Numbered from the stretch's first letter, positions 45,132 to 56,100 are shown. The stretch: DNA of 63,065 nucleotides from Terrimicrobiaceae bacterium (GCA_041752695.1 JBGSVZ010000130.1:1-63065); one strand, 5' to 3'. The notes: generated by a model not told the origin, from the letters alone. A program made the numbers and translations.

Positions 45132-46556
45132 TCACTCGGAGTCTTCGGTTTCGGTGGCCTCGTTCTTCGCTCGTTTTTTCCCGCGCTTTTTGTCACCGTT
45201 TTCCCCCGAGGCGGGAGGTTCGGTGACGATCTTACCATCAAGGTAGTGGTCGTAATATTCCGACCAGACGTCTTCCAGCTTGTCGGTGGTGAGTCCGGGC
45301 GGTTGCAACTCCTGCGACCATGCCTCCAGTTTCGTACGCAGCCTTTGAGCGACCTCTGGTTGCTCCGCGATCAGGTTGCGTTTTTCGCCAGGATCCGTCT
45401 CGAGGTCGAACAGGTAGCTGCGCGGGCCGCCGACGAGCAGCTTCCATTTGCCTTCGCGCACGGCCGACTGGTCGATCCATCTCCAGAAAAGGCTCTCATG
45501 CGGAGGGGCTTTTTCTTTTCCGGTGAAGAAGGGCAGAAGATCCACTCCATCGAGAGCCGGATCGCGCGGCAAGCCGGCCAGCGCGACCGCGGTGGCCGCA
45601 ATGTCGTAGGAGACTACCGGATGCTCGTAAACCTGGCCGGCCGGAATCCGGTCTTTCCAATAGGTCAGCCACGGCTCGCGGATGCCACCTTCCGTGAGCA
45701 TGCCCTTTTCTCCATTCATCGGCGCATTGAGCGAACCATCCCAGCCGGCGTCCTTGGTGATTTTCAACGGCGCACCGTTGTCGCCGGTGAAGAAAATGAG
45801 GGTATTCTCTTCCAGGCCCAACTTGCGAAGAGTCTGCATCACCTGTCCGACGCCATCGTCCACCGCGGACATCATGGCCAGACACTGCCGTCGCTGCTCC
45901 GGCATTTCTCCGGGAAAACGGTCGAGATACTTCTTCGGCGCATCGAGCGGAACGTGAGGCGCGCGGTAGGCCAGGTAAAAGAAGAACGGCTGGTTTTTGT
46001 GCCGCTCGATGAAGGCGCAGGCGGCCGCGCTATTCGCGTCGAGGTGATACATCGGACTGTCGGCCGTGCCCCCTTTGATCGTCTTGCCTTCGAAATCGAA
46101 GTTCGCCCAGACCTTCCCCTTCCTGCCATTCGCATAGACGTCGTCAAATCCATGGTTGACAATCTTCGGGTCCGGTCCGAGGTGCCATTTCCCGGCCATT
46201 CCGGTGGCGTAACCCGCCTTCTTCAGCCGCGAGGCGATGGTTTCCTGGGCGTCAAAGCCGTCGAGGGGGTCCTTGTTCTTCTCGACTCCGAAACGAGCCT
46301 GAAAGCGTCCCGTCAACAGCCCGGCGCGCGAGGGCAAACATTGGGGGGCGGTGACGTAACCGTTGGTCGCTCGCAAGCCGCCCGCGGCCAGGAGGTCAAG
46401 ATTCGGCGTGCGGACGTCCTTCTGGACTCCTTGCGCCCCGAGGTCGGCCCAGCCCAGATCATCCGCGAGGATGACGATGATATTAGGCTTCTCGGCCGCC
46501 GCGAAGGCGGAGTTGCCCAGGGTGAGCAGGAGGAGAAGTTTGCCAAGAAGTTTCAT
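45132..46556 (-). CDS. Sulfatase (S1 family)
   Basis: KPNIIVILADDLG, CLPSRAGLLTG, GKWHLG, TGDNG, EGGIREP. Confidence 0.92.
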   Translation of the reverse strand: MKLLGKLLLLLTLGNSAFAAAEKPNIIVILADDLGWADLGAQGVQKDVRTPNLDLLAAGGLRATNGYVTAPQCLPSRAGLLTGRFQARFGVEKNKDPLDGFDAQETIASRLKKAGYATGMAGKWHLGPDPKIVNHGFDDVYANGRKGKVWANFDFEGKTIKGGTADSPMYHLDANSAAACAFIERHKNQPFFFYLAYRAPHVPLDAPKKYLDRFPGEMPEQRRQCLAMMSAVDDGVGQVMQTLRKLGLEENTLIFFTGDNGAPLKITKDAGWDGSLNAPMNGEKGMLTEGGIREPWLTYWKDRIPAGQVYEHPVVSYDIAATAVALAGLPRDPALDGVDLLPFFTGKEKAPPHESLFWRWIDQSAVREGKWKLLVGGPRSYLFDLETDPGEKRNLIAEQPEVAQRLRTKLEAWSQELQPPGLTTDKLEDVWSEYYDHYLDGKIVTEPPASGENGDKKRGKKRAKNEATETEDSE

Positions 46557-46608
46557 CGCGAGGGGGAGCCGGATCGGAGACGGCGGGAAGGAGGCCAAAT
46601 GGGATGGT

Positions 46609-47901
46609 TCATCGTTGCGCCCTCGCCGGTCCGGAGTTCTCCAGCAAAGCCATGAGCCGCTTCACCTCCTCGGGCCGTTGAGAGGCGAGGTTCGTCTTTT
46701 CCAATGGATCAGTTTGCAGGTCGAACAACTCCAACTCCGTAGGGGCGGAGAGATTGGTGAGGGGGCGAGCAGACCCGGGGATCAGCAACTTAGACCAGCC
46801 GTCGATGACGACCCGGGTGACGAGGCTCTTGTCAGGATCGGAGACGTCGGCGATGTCCTGGGTGAAATTTTCCACGAAGAGGGATTTGCGTGCGGTCATG
46901 GCCTCGCGGTCCATGAGGTCAAGCCCGGCCAGGTCGGCCGGGGCTTTCGCTCCCGCCAACTTGAGGATCGTGGGCGCGAAGTCTATCACGGAAGCAAGCG
47001 TCTGTTCGTCCCGAAGCGGCTTCAATTGGGCGGGCCAGCGCACAAAGATCGGGGTGCGGATGCCGAGTTCGTAGGGGGTGAGTTTCGCCCGCGCCTTCGG
47101 TCCCTGGCCTTCGGGATTCCAGCCGTTGTCCGCGAGGTAGAGGATGACTGTGTTGTCCGCCAGATTGTTCTTGGCCAGGAACTCGTCGAGTTTGCCGCAG
47201 GTTTGGTCGAACCATTCGACCATGGCAAAATATTTCTGCGCCTCCAGGCTCAGGCCTTTCCCTTCATACTTCTCCAGCAATTGCTTCGGCGGGGTGTGGG
47301 GGTCATGGGGCATCATGGGCGCATACCAGACAAAGAAGGGCTTCTTCTCGGCCTGGGTCTTTTCGATGAAGTTGAAGATCGGCTGCAATCCTTTGCGTCC
47401 GATGGCGAGCCCCTCCCCTCCATGCTTTGTCGCCGTCTTGGTCATGCCTTCGGTGAAGCCAATCTCCGAGGAGGTCACATTCCAGAGCTTGCCGGTTTGA
47501 AAAGTGAGATAACCCGCCTCGCTGAGAGCTTTCGGCAACATCAACGAGTTGCGCAACAATCGCTCGGAAAGGGGCCCTCGGCTGGCCTCTTTGGCCTGGC
47601 GCTTGTTCATTCCCTCGGCCGGGGTCTGGTAATTGCCGGTGATTCCGTGCTGACGCGGCATCTTACCGGTGAGCAACGAAGCTAGCGAGGGGGAGCAAAC
47701 CGGCGTGGTGTAGCCCCGCGTGTAAACCAGCCCTTGGGACGCCATGCGGTCGAGATGGGGCGTTTGCGCCACGGGGCTGCCCATAAAGCCGTAGTCCCCA
47801 AAACCTTGATCGTCGGAAATGATCAGGATGATGTTGGGTTTCTCGTCTGAGGAGAAAGCGGCGGTGCTGAGAGCTATGATCAAGAGTAGGATATACTTCA
47901 T
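46609..47901 (-). CDS. Sulfatase-like hydrolase, CSPSL motif (paralog of 43715-45013)
   Basis: KPNIILIISDDQG, VCSPSLASLLTG, and long stretches identical to the paralog. Confidence 0.88.
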   Translation of the reverse strand: MKYILLLIIALSTAAFSSDEKPNIILIISDDQGFGDYGFMGSPVAQTPHLDRMASQGLVYTRGYTTPVCSPSLASLLTGKMPRQHGITGNYQTPAEGMNKRQAKEASRGPLSERLLRNSLMLPKALSEAGYLTFQTGKLWNVTSSEIGFTEGMTKTATKHGGEGLAIGRKGLQPIFNFIEKTQAEKKPFFVWYAPMMPHDPHTPPKQLLEKYEGKGLSLEAQKYFAMVEWFDQTCGKLDEFLAKNNLADNTVILYLADNGWNPEGQGPKARAKLTPYELGIRTPIFVRWPAQLKPLRDEQTLASVIDFAPTILKLAGAKAPADLAGLDLMDREAMTARKSLFVENFTQDIADVSDPDKSLVTRVVIDGWSKLLIPGSARPLTNLSAPTELELFDLQTDPLEKTNLASQRPEEVKRLMALLENSGPARAQR

Positions 47902-47907
47902 GATGGG

Positions 47908-50049
47908 TTACGGCTTGATCGCGGCCTGGCGAAACACGTCGGAAGACAGCGGATAATCCCCGCCCTGGCGGCAGGTCAGCTCCAAACTTGGCTTAGCGTT
48001 GCCGGCATGACGGTAATAGAGACGGAGTGGATGCCAGCCTGCTTTCAAGCGGACGCTGCCGGTGAAACTTCCGGCCGGATTCTTCATCGGTTCGTTGACC
48101 ACCCGGATGTCGTGGAGGAAAAGCATCGCACCCGAGTCGCTCTGGAGGGTGAAGGTGTAGTCGCCATCCTTAGCCGCATGGAAATAGCCAGTCAAAGCGA
48201 CGCCGAACGGCTTGCCATCCGCCGGGGCCATCGAAAGATCGATCTGCTTCGCCTGCCCGCTGGATTCCGGGGTCAGGGTGCGGAAATCCGGCATCCACGG
48301 CCATTCGCCCTTGAAGAGCGACCAGGTCAGCCCGGGCGCTCCGGATGGCTCTTTTAGCACCGGGGGCACCAGCGCACTGTCATATGGGCGTTTGACCTCC
48401 CCGGGCAGGCGCACTTGCAAAACCCGCGCTTTCATCGCCGCCTGCAAGTCGGCCATTTGGGGATCCGTGGCGAGATTCCTGATTTCCCGCTCATCTTTCG
48501 AGAGGTCGTAGATCTCAAAATCGTCGTCGGCCGATTTCACATCGTAGCGAATTCCCTTGTAGCCATCGAGATGGATCGCCTGCATCTGCTCGCGATTGCG
48601 TCCCTGGTGCGAGCGGTCAAATTCCTCGAACGTGGGCGTGCGACCGCGGGCGGAGTACTCGACGTAAATGGTGCCTGGCGCCTGCTTTCCCTTTCCGGTG
48701 AGCGTGGGCACCAGGGACACACCATCGGACGCGGCCGGAAGGGGCAGGCCCGCCAGATCGCAGAAGGTGGCCATCCAATTCCACTGCCCGGAAGGGTGTT
48801 TGTCCACCCGGCCGGCGGGGATGCCGCCGGGCCAGCGGACCAGCGTGGGTTCCCGCATGCCGCCTTCCCAGATATCGCGCTTGATTCCATCAAAGGGGCC
48901 GAACCCGCGGAAAAAATTCGGGGTGTATCGTTCGGCCATCTTGGATTCCTGCGAAGGACCATTGTCGGAGGTCAGGACCACCAGCGTGTTGTCGTCGATC
49001 TTGAGGTCCTTCAGAAGCTGAAGCAGATCGCCCACGGCAAAATCGATGCGGCGGACGCTATTAGCGAAGCGCTTCTGCACATCGGGCCAAGGGACCTCCG
49101 CCGTGGCCGGATTGCGATCGTGGTCCCAAGTCGCCTTGGCATAGTCGGGAAAAACGTAGCTGTCGTATTCGCCGGTGGCGGAGTTCAACATCGCGTGTGG
49201 CGTGCCGGTCCATTGCACCCCGCCTTTAAGCCCTCCGCCGGCCGGATAGGGAGCGGGGGGATTTTGCAGCTTCGCATGCGGGGTGTCGAAGGCGAGATAG
49301 AGAAAGAAGGGCTGCTTCGGATGGGTTTCCACCTGTTCGGTGATCCACTTCTTGGCGCGCGCGGTGAACAGATCGGTGGTGTAACATTTGTCGAGGTCGC
49401 CCGAAACTTCGCGGTCGTTTTCCCACACCTCGATCTTGTCCTCCTTGGGATAATGAAAATGGCCGTCCGCGTGGCGCACATAGCCGAAATAATAGTCGAA
49501 TCCCCTTTTGGTCGGATAGGCCGTCCAGGCGGCCGGCATCACTCCCCCGGTTTGGTGGGTTTGGGCGGGCTCCTCACCATCTGCTCCCTTGTCCTTAACC
49601 TCGCCCTTCCCTTTCTGTTCCTTGCCCTGGAGTCCCCACTTTCCGATGGCCGCGGTTTCGTAACCGGCCTGCTTGAGCACACTGCCGAGGGTGAAAGAAT
49701 CGGCCAGAGCCTTGTCGAACTGATTGTCGCGAACATTGGCATGTCCTTGAGTCAGCCCCGTCAACAACGAGGCCCGGGAAGGAGCGCAGACCGGCGCGGC
49801 GCAATAATGCTGGGTCATTTGCACGCCATCCCGCGCCAGCGAATCCAAGTGGGGCGTGCTGAAGAAGGGAATGCTCGGATCCTTCAACGCTGCGCGTTGG
49901 TTCTGATAAAATACGCCGACATCTCCGTAGCCCAGATCGTCGCAGAGAATGAAGATGATGTTCGGGCGCGGAGCGGGTTGAGTTTCTGCTGCGGAAAGGG
50001 CGCCACTGGTGAAACAGAGGGTGGTGAGAACCAGGTGGATCTTATTCAT
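47908..50049 (-). CDS. Sulfatase with C-terminal PA14-like domain
   Basis: CDDLGYGD, CAPSRASLLTG, TSDNG; C-terminal GYFHAAKDGDYTFTLQSDSG..LKAGWHPLRLYY. Confidence 0.9.
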   Translation of the reverse strand: MNKIHLVLTTLCFTSGALSAAETQPAPRPNIIFILCDDLGYGDVGVFYQNQRAALKDPSIPFFSTPHLDSLARDGVQMTQHYCAAPVCAPSRASLLTGLTQGHANVRDNQFDKALADSFTLGSVLKQAGYETAAIGKWGLQGKEQKGKGEVKDKGADGEEPAQTHQTGGVMPAAWTAYPTKRGFDYYFGYVRHADGHFHYPKEDKIEVWENDREVSGDLDKCYTTDLFTARAKKWITEQVETHPKQPFFLYLAFDTPHAKLQNPPAPYPAGGGLKGGVQWTGTPHAMLNSATGEYDSYVFPDYAKATWDHDRNPATAEVPWPDVQKRFANSVRRIDFAVGDLLQLLKDLKIDDNTLVVLTSDNGPSQESKMAERYTPNFFRGFGPFDGIKRDIWEGGMREPTLVRWPGGIPAGRVDKHPSGQWNWMATFCDLAGLPLPAASDGVSLVPTLTGKGKQAPGTIYVEYSARGRTPTFEEFDRSHQGRNREQMQAIHLDGYKGIRYDVKSADDDFEIYDLSKDEREIRNLATDPQMADLQAAMKARVLQVRLPGEVKRPYDSALVPPVLKEPSGAPGLTWSLFKGEWPWMPDFRTLTPESSGQAKQIDLSMAPADGKPFGVALTGYFHAAKDGDYTFTLQSDSGAMLFLHDIRVVNEPMKNPAGSFTGSVRLKAGWHPLRLYYRHAGNAKPSLELTCRQGGDYPLSSDVFRQAAIKP

Positions 50050-50154
50050 GTGAGGAGTCTGTCAATTTCACGGAAACGCGCCGCAGCTTCCCGTCTGGTC
50101 GGCCTGTGCAATCGGGCCAGGCCGCGATACTCAAAAATGAAAGTGTGGCCATCC

Positions 50155-51576
50155 TCATTGGCCGACGCCGACACTGGCAGTAACGACGTATTTGGGATCT
50201 AGGTTTTCGCTGATTCCCCGATACCAATCCTGCAAAAGCTGGCGGTGTTCCTCGAGGACGGGGGCAAATTTGGGGTCCAGCGCGAGATTCTTCATTTCGC
50301 CCGGATCTTCCGTCATGTCGGTCAACATCTCCCGGGGCTGGCCCGAGGCATAGACGGTGTATTTGTAGCGGGCGGAGCGCAGCATCCGCCAATCGCCGCC
50401 TTCGGAGACGACCGTCTTGCGCCACGGTTCCGGCGGCCGGCCTTCCGCCAGCGGACGGACGCTGGCCCCTTTCAGGTCTTCGGGAACCGGAATGCCTGCA
50501 AAATCGCACAACGTCGGAATCAAGTCGATGCCGGTCGAAACCAGATGTTCGCGATCCACCAAACCGGCCTTGGTCACGCCCTTCCAACTGACGATCAGGG
50601 GCACCCTGGCCGACTCCTCGTAAAAGACCGATTTGTGTTCCAGGCGGTGGGACGCATCCATGTCGCCGTGATCGCTGACAAAAACGACCAGGGTATTTTG
50701 GTCGAGACCCGTTTCCCCCAGGGCCTTCAACACCTCGCCGATCTGCGCATCCACCAGTTCGGTCAGCCGGGCATATGCCCAGCGGTGCATACGCCATTGT
50801 TCGTCCGTCCAATTGTTCCGCACATGCGTGCGGAAGTCGCGCTCATCGGCGGAAAGAATGTTCTGCGGTTCGCCCGCTGGAATCTCATAGTTGGCCGGCA
50901 GAGGAGGACAGACGGTGGAAAAGAACCTTTCGTCCGACATGCCGGCCGGGCGCTTCAGGGCTTCACTGAGAGCATCCGTCCTGGCTCTTTTGCCTGGCTT
51001 CTTGGCATCGTCGATCGCCATGAAACAGATGTCATGGGGATTGATGAACGAAGCCACCATCAGGAACGGTTTGTCGTGCGGCTGACGCAGGAACTCGGCG
51101 CTGATTTTGGCCAGCCCCGCCCCCGCATCTTTCCCGAGGTTCTTGAAACCCGCAGCTTCGATCGTCATTGGGACGTGTTGTTTGCCGCCATAGACGGTCT
51201 CGTACCCGGCGCGGGAAAAGATCTGGCCCATCGAACTGGCCAGAATCTCCGGCGTCATCTTCTTCTTGCTCTTTCCCAAGTCCTCATTCGATTCCATTCC
51301 GATCCGGCTCGGCATGATGCCGGTGAGCATGCTTGTCCGGGACGGCACGCAGACCGGATTGGCGGCATAAGCCAGCTCGAACCGCGCTCCCGACTGGGCG
51401 AGACCGTCGAGGGCCGGCGTCTTCACATGGGGATTGCCCGTGCAACTCAGCATGCCGGCATGCTGTTGGTCGGTGATGATGAGCAGAACGTTGGGAGGCG
51501 TCGCGGGCTTGGGATCGGCCGCGAGCGAGGGAGCGCAGGTCGCCACCAACAGCGCTAGAGAAGTCAGTTTGTTCAT
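50155..51576 (-). CDS. Sulfatase (choline-sulfatase-like)
   Basis: PNVLLIITDQQ, CVPSRTSMLTG, GKQH, SDHGD, FYEESARVP. Confidence 0.92.
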   Translation of the reverse strand: MNKLTSLALLVATCAPSLAADPKPATPPNVLLIITDQQHAGMLSCTGNPHVKTPALDGLAQSGARFELAYAANPVCVPSRTSMLTGIMPSRIGMESNEDLGKSKKKMTPEILASSMGQIFSRAGYETVYGGKQHVPMTIEAAGFKNLGKDAGAGLAKISAEFLRQPHDKPFLMVASFINPHDICFMAIDDAKKPGKRARTDALSEALKRPAGMSDERFFSTVCPPLPANYEIPAGEPQNILSADERDFRTHVRNNWTDEQWRMHRWAYARLTELVDAQIGEVLKALGETGLDQNTLVVFVSDHGDMDASHRLEHKSVFYEESARVPLIVSWKGVTKAGLVDREHLVSTGIDLIPTLCDFAGIPVPEDLKGASVRPLAEGRPPEPWRKTVVSEGGDWRMLRSARYKYTVYASGQPREMLTDMTEDPGEMKNLALDPKFAPVLEEHRQLLQDWYRGISENLDPKYVVTASVGVGQ

Positions 51577-51708
51577 AAACTTCGTTTGTTGCCTTCAACA
51601 CGATAAAACAAGGTATTCGAATGGGTTGTGGTTGGGTGGTTATTTTCCTGTAATCTGAGAGCTTTCCCCCAAAAACATGGATCATGCTATGGGGGTGCTT
51701 GGCTTGCG

Positions 51709-51837
51709 TCAATGTTGGGTCAGGCGTGTCTGTAGCAGTTCGGCCACTCGCCTTGCACCCTTCTTGTAGACGGTGACAACGACGAGTTCTCCTTCCAACC
51801 AGACAGCCCAATGGCGTCTGGCATATTTCGTGATCAT
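51709..51837 (-). CDS. 42-aa small protein
   Basis: MITKYARRHWAVWLEGELVVVTVYKKGARRVAELL: compact beta-hairpin plus helix pattern of the kind seen in mobile-element small genes. Confidence 0.55.
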   Translation of the reverse strand: MITKYARRHWAVWLEGELVVVTVYKKGARRVAELLQTRLTQH

Positions 51838-52224
51838 GAGTCTCTCTTGAAATTGGGGTGCTTGGTTCACGAAAAACCACGCTTCTTTCATTTTGGCGGG
51901 GGTGCCGAAAGGCATCCCACGTTGGCTTGGGGCTTTGCCGGTTCAAGATTCGGGGTGGTTTCGAGGAATCAACTGCTGTGTTGGTCATACAGCCAAAACT
52001 TAATCTCGGGGACTTCGAACGCCGCAGTCGCCCACTGTTCCCCATTGTGATTCCGGATTTATGGACTCCCAGGACACGGTCTGAGATTGTTTTTGTCGTG
52101 CCGGTTGTGATTCTCTCATGCGGCCCCAAGCCGCAGTTGATTGACAGCCTCTGCCCGAGCTCCAATCTCAACTCTCTTGATCGATCTCTAGCCCGCGCGG
52201 CAATGAGCGCAATCGAAACCAAAT

Positions 52225-52376
52225 TTCGGCGGCGGGCAAGGCTCTCCTTTACTCTGGGCCTTGCCTGCCGCCGAACACTTCTTCGGGCTGGCGGGTTGAA
52301 GCAAAGGCCGTGACAATCGCCGGAACGAAGTGGAGCGGTTGGCGCGGCCTTTGCCGGGTCGGGGGCGACGTGCCCC
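52225..52376 (+). other. Cluster of long hairpins folding preferentially on the + strand
   Basis: 20-bp stem 52225-52275, ~19-bp stem 52301-52354, GGGGC/GCCCC at 52362-52376; G:T wobbles pair on the + strand. Confidence 0.7.
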
Positions 52377-52526
52377 TTGATAAGAGTTTTGAAACGGTTT
52401 GACTTCTTGTGACGGTCCTCCTTTACCTCGATGAACTGTCAAATCATTTTTCAAAAGCACTCCTCTTCACTTGCCTGAATTGAAAATATGCAGTCGTTAC
52501 CCTAATTGGAAAGCACGGTGCGGCTT

Positions 52527-53156
52527 CTATTCTGGTTGAGCCACCCCGTCTCTAATCTCCTGGATTGTAAGTTCAATCTGTCGCTGTTGCGCAGCATCAT
52601 TTTTAAGTTTTTGCATCGCACCAATTAGTTGAGCCATCAAAGCATCGCGTTCAGATTCTGGAGCAGCTAACAATGCACATCTAATAAGATCGATAGCCTC
52701 TTGCTGGGAAGCAATGTCAGACGAGGTTAGCTGCGGCATCTTGCTAAGTGCGGCTTGCTTCAACTGTGCGCTTGCGTGCTCACCCTTCAGAACCGCAAGT
52801 GCCTGTGCAGCCTCAGACCGTATCTGTTTATCAGATGCTTCAAGTAGGGGGGCTATCGATTGGGTTGATTCGGTCCCTTGCTCACTCAGAATTTTCAAAG
52901 CAACAACAACTGCCTTTTTTGTCTGTTCGTCTAGAGGCTTCTTTGAAGACATGGATTGGTTAAGGATGTTGACCAAGCGAGATCGATCCTCTGGAGATGA
53001 GAATTTTGTTACGTCTAACTTTTCGACCTTTCGGCTATCGATGTCGAGATTGCCAATCTTTGATGAGAGCCAATCACCATCGGTTGGCTCCGCCGCGTTA
53101 ATTGATGATAACGAAAGGAGCAGAGCAAGGGCTTTAGTTAATATTCTAGTTTGCAT
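52527..53156 (-). CDS. Exported HEAT-repeat-like helical protein (candidate immunity/partner protein)
   Basis: Signal peptide, IAPLLEASDKQIRSEAAQALAVL; overlaps the upstream gene by 11 nt; low GC. Confidence 0.7.
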   Translation of the reverse strand: MQTRILTKALALLLSLSSINAAEPTDGDWLSSKIGNLDIDSRKVEKLDVTKFSSPEDRSRLVNILNQSMSSKKPLDEQTKKAVVVALKILSEQGTESTQSIAPLLEASDKQIRSEAAQALAVLKGEHASAQLKQAALSKMPQLTSSDIASQQEAIDLIRCALLAAPESERDALMAQLIGAMQKLKNDAAQQRQIELTIQEIRDGVAQPE

Positions 53157-56100
53157 AGGGACTCGCTTGGATGGTGTTTACTTGATTGTTGAAGCTTCTC
53201 TTGCTGATACGTTTCCGCCCCTCAATTCCGGCGGCATTTGATCCATTGTCTCCCGAAAATGTCATGCGGATGTGATTGTGTTCGGTTAGAAAATCGGAAT
53301 GCTCAGCATCCAGTAGAATATGCAGCAATTCATGCGGAGCTGTGTAGCGCAGCCTGTAATCAGCGGCGATAATTAGGTGGTTAGCATACTTCGGCGGTGA
53401 AAACATTTTATTAATGTAGGCAAGGCCTCGAGGTCCATTTGCACCGCTTGAATACCAATTTGTAGTCATGAAATTGACATAGATTATGCTAATCTCGTCG
53501 GCAGCCCGCTGTGAGCCTGCGTCAATCCAGTCAAAAACAGCTTTTGCTTCGTCGGTAAGGTGACTTCCGTTTGTTAGATAGTCGAATCCTGTCGGTGATA
53601 AATCAATTCCTGCGTCGGATTCATTAAATTCAACAATCGTAGGGTTACTAACGACCTTGATGCCAGCCTGAGCGAATGTTTCTCTTATACTTTTTAGATC
53701 TGCCTCAACTGTAGCGGTATTTACTACTGGAGTCGGCGTTCCAAGCAAGGCGGTTTTAGCTACCCAAACTTTAACCTTTACCGTCTTTATAACAGGGGTA
53801 GTTGCTTCGATGTCAGCTTCGTAATTAGGTGTTTGTCCATTTTCCAAAAACTCTACATTAATCTTCCCGCCCAGCGCAATGAGACGAGTTCGATCATTTT
53901 TATCGTCGTCAGCGACTCCATCAACACTATGGTCATCATCCCCATCATTTGAAACTAGAAGCATTGATTTGGAGATGAAAACTCCAGTTGTGCCTTCCTC
54001 TTGGAGCTCAACCACGTTTGAATCAGGAGAAATCCTAGAATCGTCATCGTATTCAGTTCCCTCACTGTCTGTCCAGACACGAACTCTGAGTGGTCCTTGG
54101 CCCGATTTGCCTGGATCTGTCACTCGAATGTAAAATCTGTCACGATCTTCTTCGATCCAATCTGCTACTAAGTTGCGAGATGCAGTGGAATCAAACGAAT
54201 TCTCTAAAGTGCCTACAGAGAGGTTTGTTGTGGATTGCAGTTCGCCGGTCTCTGATCCTTGTGTGTTAAGCTTAGGTATTACGATCTCTATGGGCAGAAG
54301 TTGCGCGCTTTTCGTTGCGATTTGCTGTTGGTATTGCTCTGTGCGGTCGGGCTGTCCCTCCCACGGAAATTGAAGTTCCTCTCGATTAACGAGCAACTCA
54401 ACGTTGTTTTCTGCAATTTGGTTGTTAGCTGGGTCCCAAGGATCTAAAACAATGAATCGTTTGGCCTGCTGATCCTTCACATCTACCCATAAACCTTCCT
54501 GGTTTTTGTAGCTTATTTCCAGTGCCCAGTCGTAATCGGGAAAGAAGTCACCTTCGGGATCTTCTTCCAGTTTCTCTGGATCAGTTGCGACCCATATTAG
54601 CTTGATGTCGTATGCCTTGCCTTTGCGAAATTGTCTGAATATCGACTCGGAATCAGGACTTAGTTCGCCGAATTCTTGTGAAGCGTGGTTGACAACGATC
54701 TGTGAGGTTGCCAAGTCCCGCACTTCGACCCTCCAACGCTCGGAGTGGCTTCCGCTGGGGTCTCCAACGATAATTTTCATCTCTAATAATTGATCCTCAG
54801 ACGGTGGCTGGCCATTGTCAGAAGGATCACTCGGTGAGCTACCCTGACCGGCTTCTTGCCCATCCGACACCCCGTCGCCATCGGTGTCAGAGGAGTGTGG
54901 ACTGGCTCCGAAGGTCCATTCTTTGAAGTTACTCAAACCGTCATTGTCGGGATCGCCGTTTGCACCTTCCGCACCTGTCCCAGAGCGTGCATTCAATCCA
55001 TTGGCTATCTCCCAGCCATCAGGGAGTAGATCGCCGTCGGTGTCCCAGTTATTTGGTTCGGTAGTGTTCAGATATTCCTGAAGATTGGTCAGGTCATCGG
55101 TATCTGGATCTTGGCTGGGCAACGCACTAGTTGCGTGCTTAAAGTAGGTGATTTCCCAAAGGTCTGGCAATCCGTCGGAGTCGGTATCCCGATTGACATC
55201 GGATGGGTCTGTTGGGTCGAAGCCCCATGTGTATTCAAAGAGGTTGGTAAGGCCATCGTTGTCCAGATCGTTCTGAGCATCGTCAATAAGAGCGTTCAGC
55301 CCATTGGCGACTTCCCAAGCATCTGCCATGCCGTCGGAGTCCGTATCGGTGCTGAGTGGATTAGTTCCGTGGGTGAGGACTTCGACGCCATCCAGAAGCC
55401 CGTCACCATCGGTGTCGGAGGCTTGAATGTTGGTTAAATGCGTCTGATACTCGGCAAGATTTGAGAGACCATCGCTATCGAAGTCGGCCTCTGGGTCGGT
55501 GATTCCGAGGGCTTCCAGCCAATCCGGTAAACCGTCTGTGTCGGCGTCGCGAAATTCATCCCAGCCCAAGTCTGGTGCGATTCCGGCATGTCGGCTTTCG
55601 CCTTGAGCGTCAAGAGTGATTTCTAAGTTTGTTCCAGCATCTAGTCCGGGGGAGTTCCCGTTCATCCATCCGCCGTATGCCAATCCGGGGTTCTGGTCGA
55701 TTGCGCCGAAATCACCGCCTCGAATTATTGAACTCGTTACGACTACGGAGCCATAGGACAAAATTTCTGGCAGTCCATTTGCATCGGGGTTCCAGAGAAT
55801 GCTGTTTTTGATGGCGATGCGGGTATCCCAATCCCCTTGAATGGCATTTGCGCCCCAACCATAGCCTTCGTCAAGATAGCGATTGTCAAGGATGGTACAA
55901 TGGTACAAGGATATTGTGGTATCCCCTGCTGCGTAAATGGCCCCCGGATAGTAGTAACCGTTTCCATTTGTTAGTTTGCAGTTGGTGAAGGCAACTCTGC
56001 TGCTACTGATGTAGGCGACCGTTCCGTCATGACCTTCAATGGAAAAACCGTCAAAAACCGCATCCGAGTATGTTTGGGTGGTTGTCCAATTCGATTGGGC

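Noticed and set aside
51284..52222. 312-aa minus-strand ORF
   Set aside because: Overlaps the sulfatase and the 42-aa gene in other frames, crosses the structured region and has no protein-like features.
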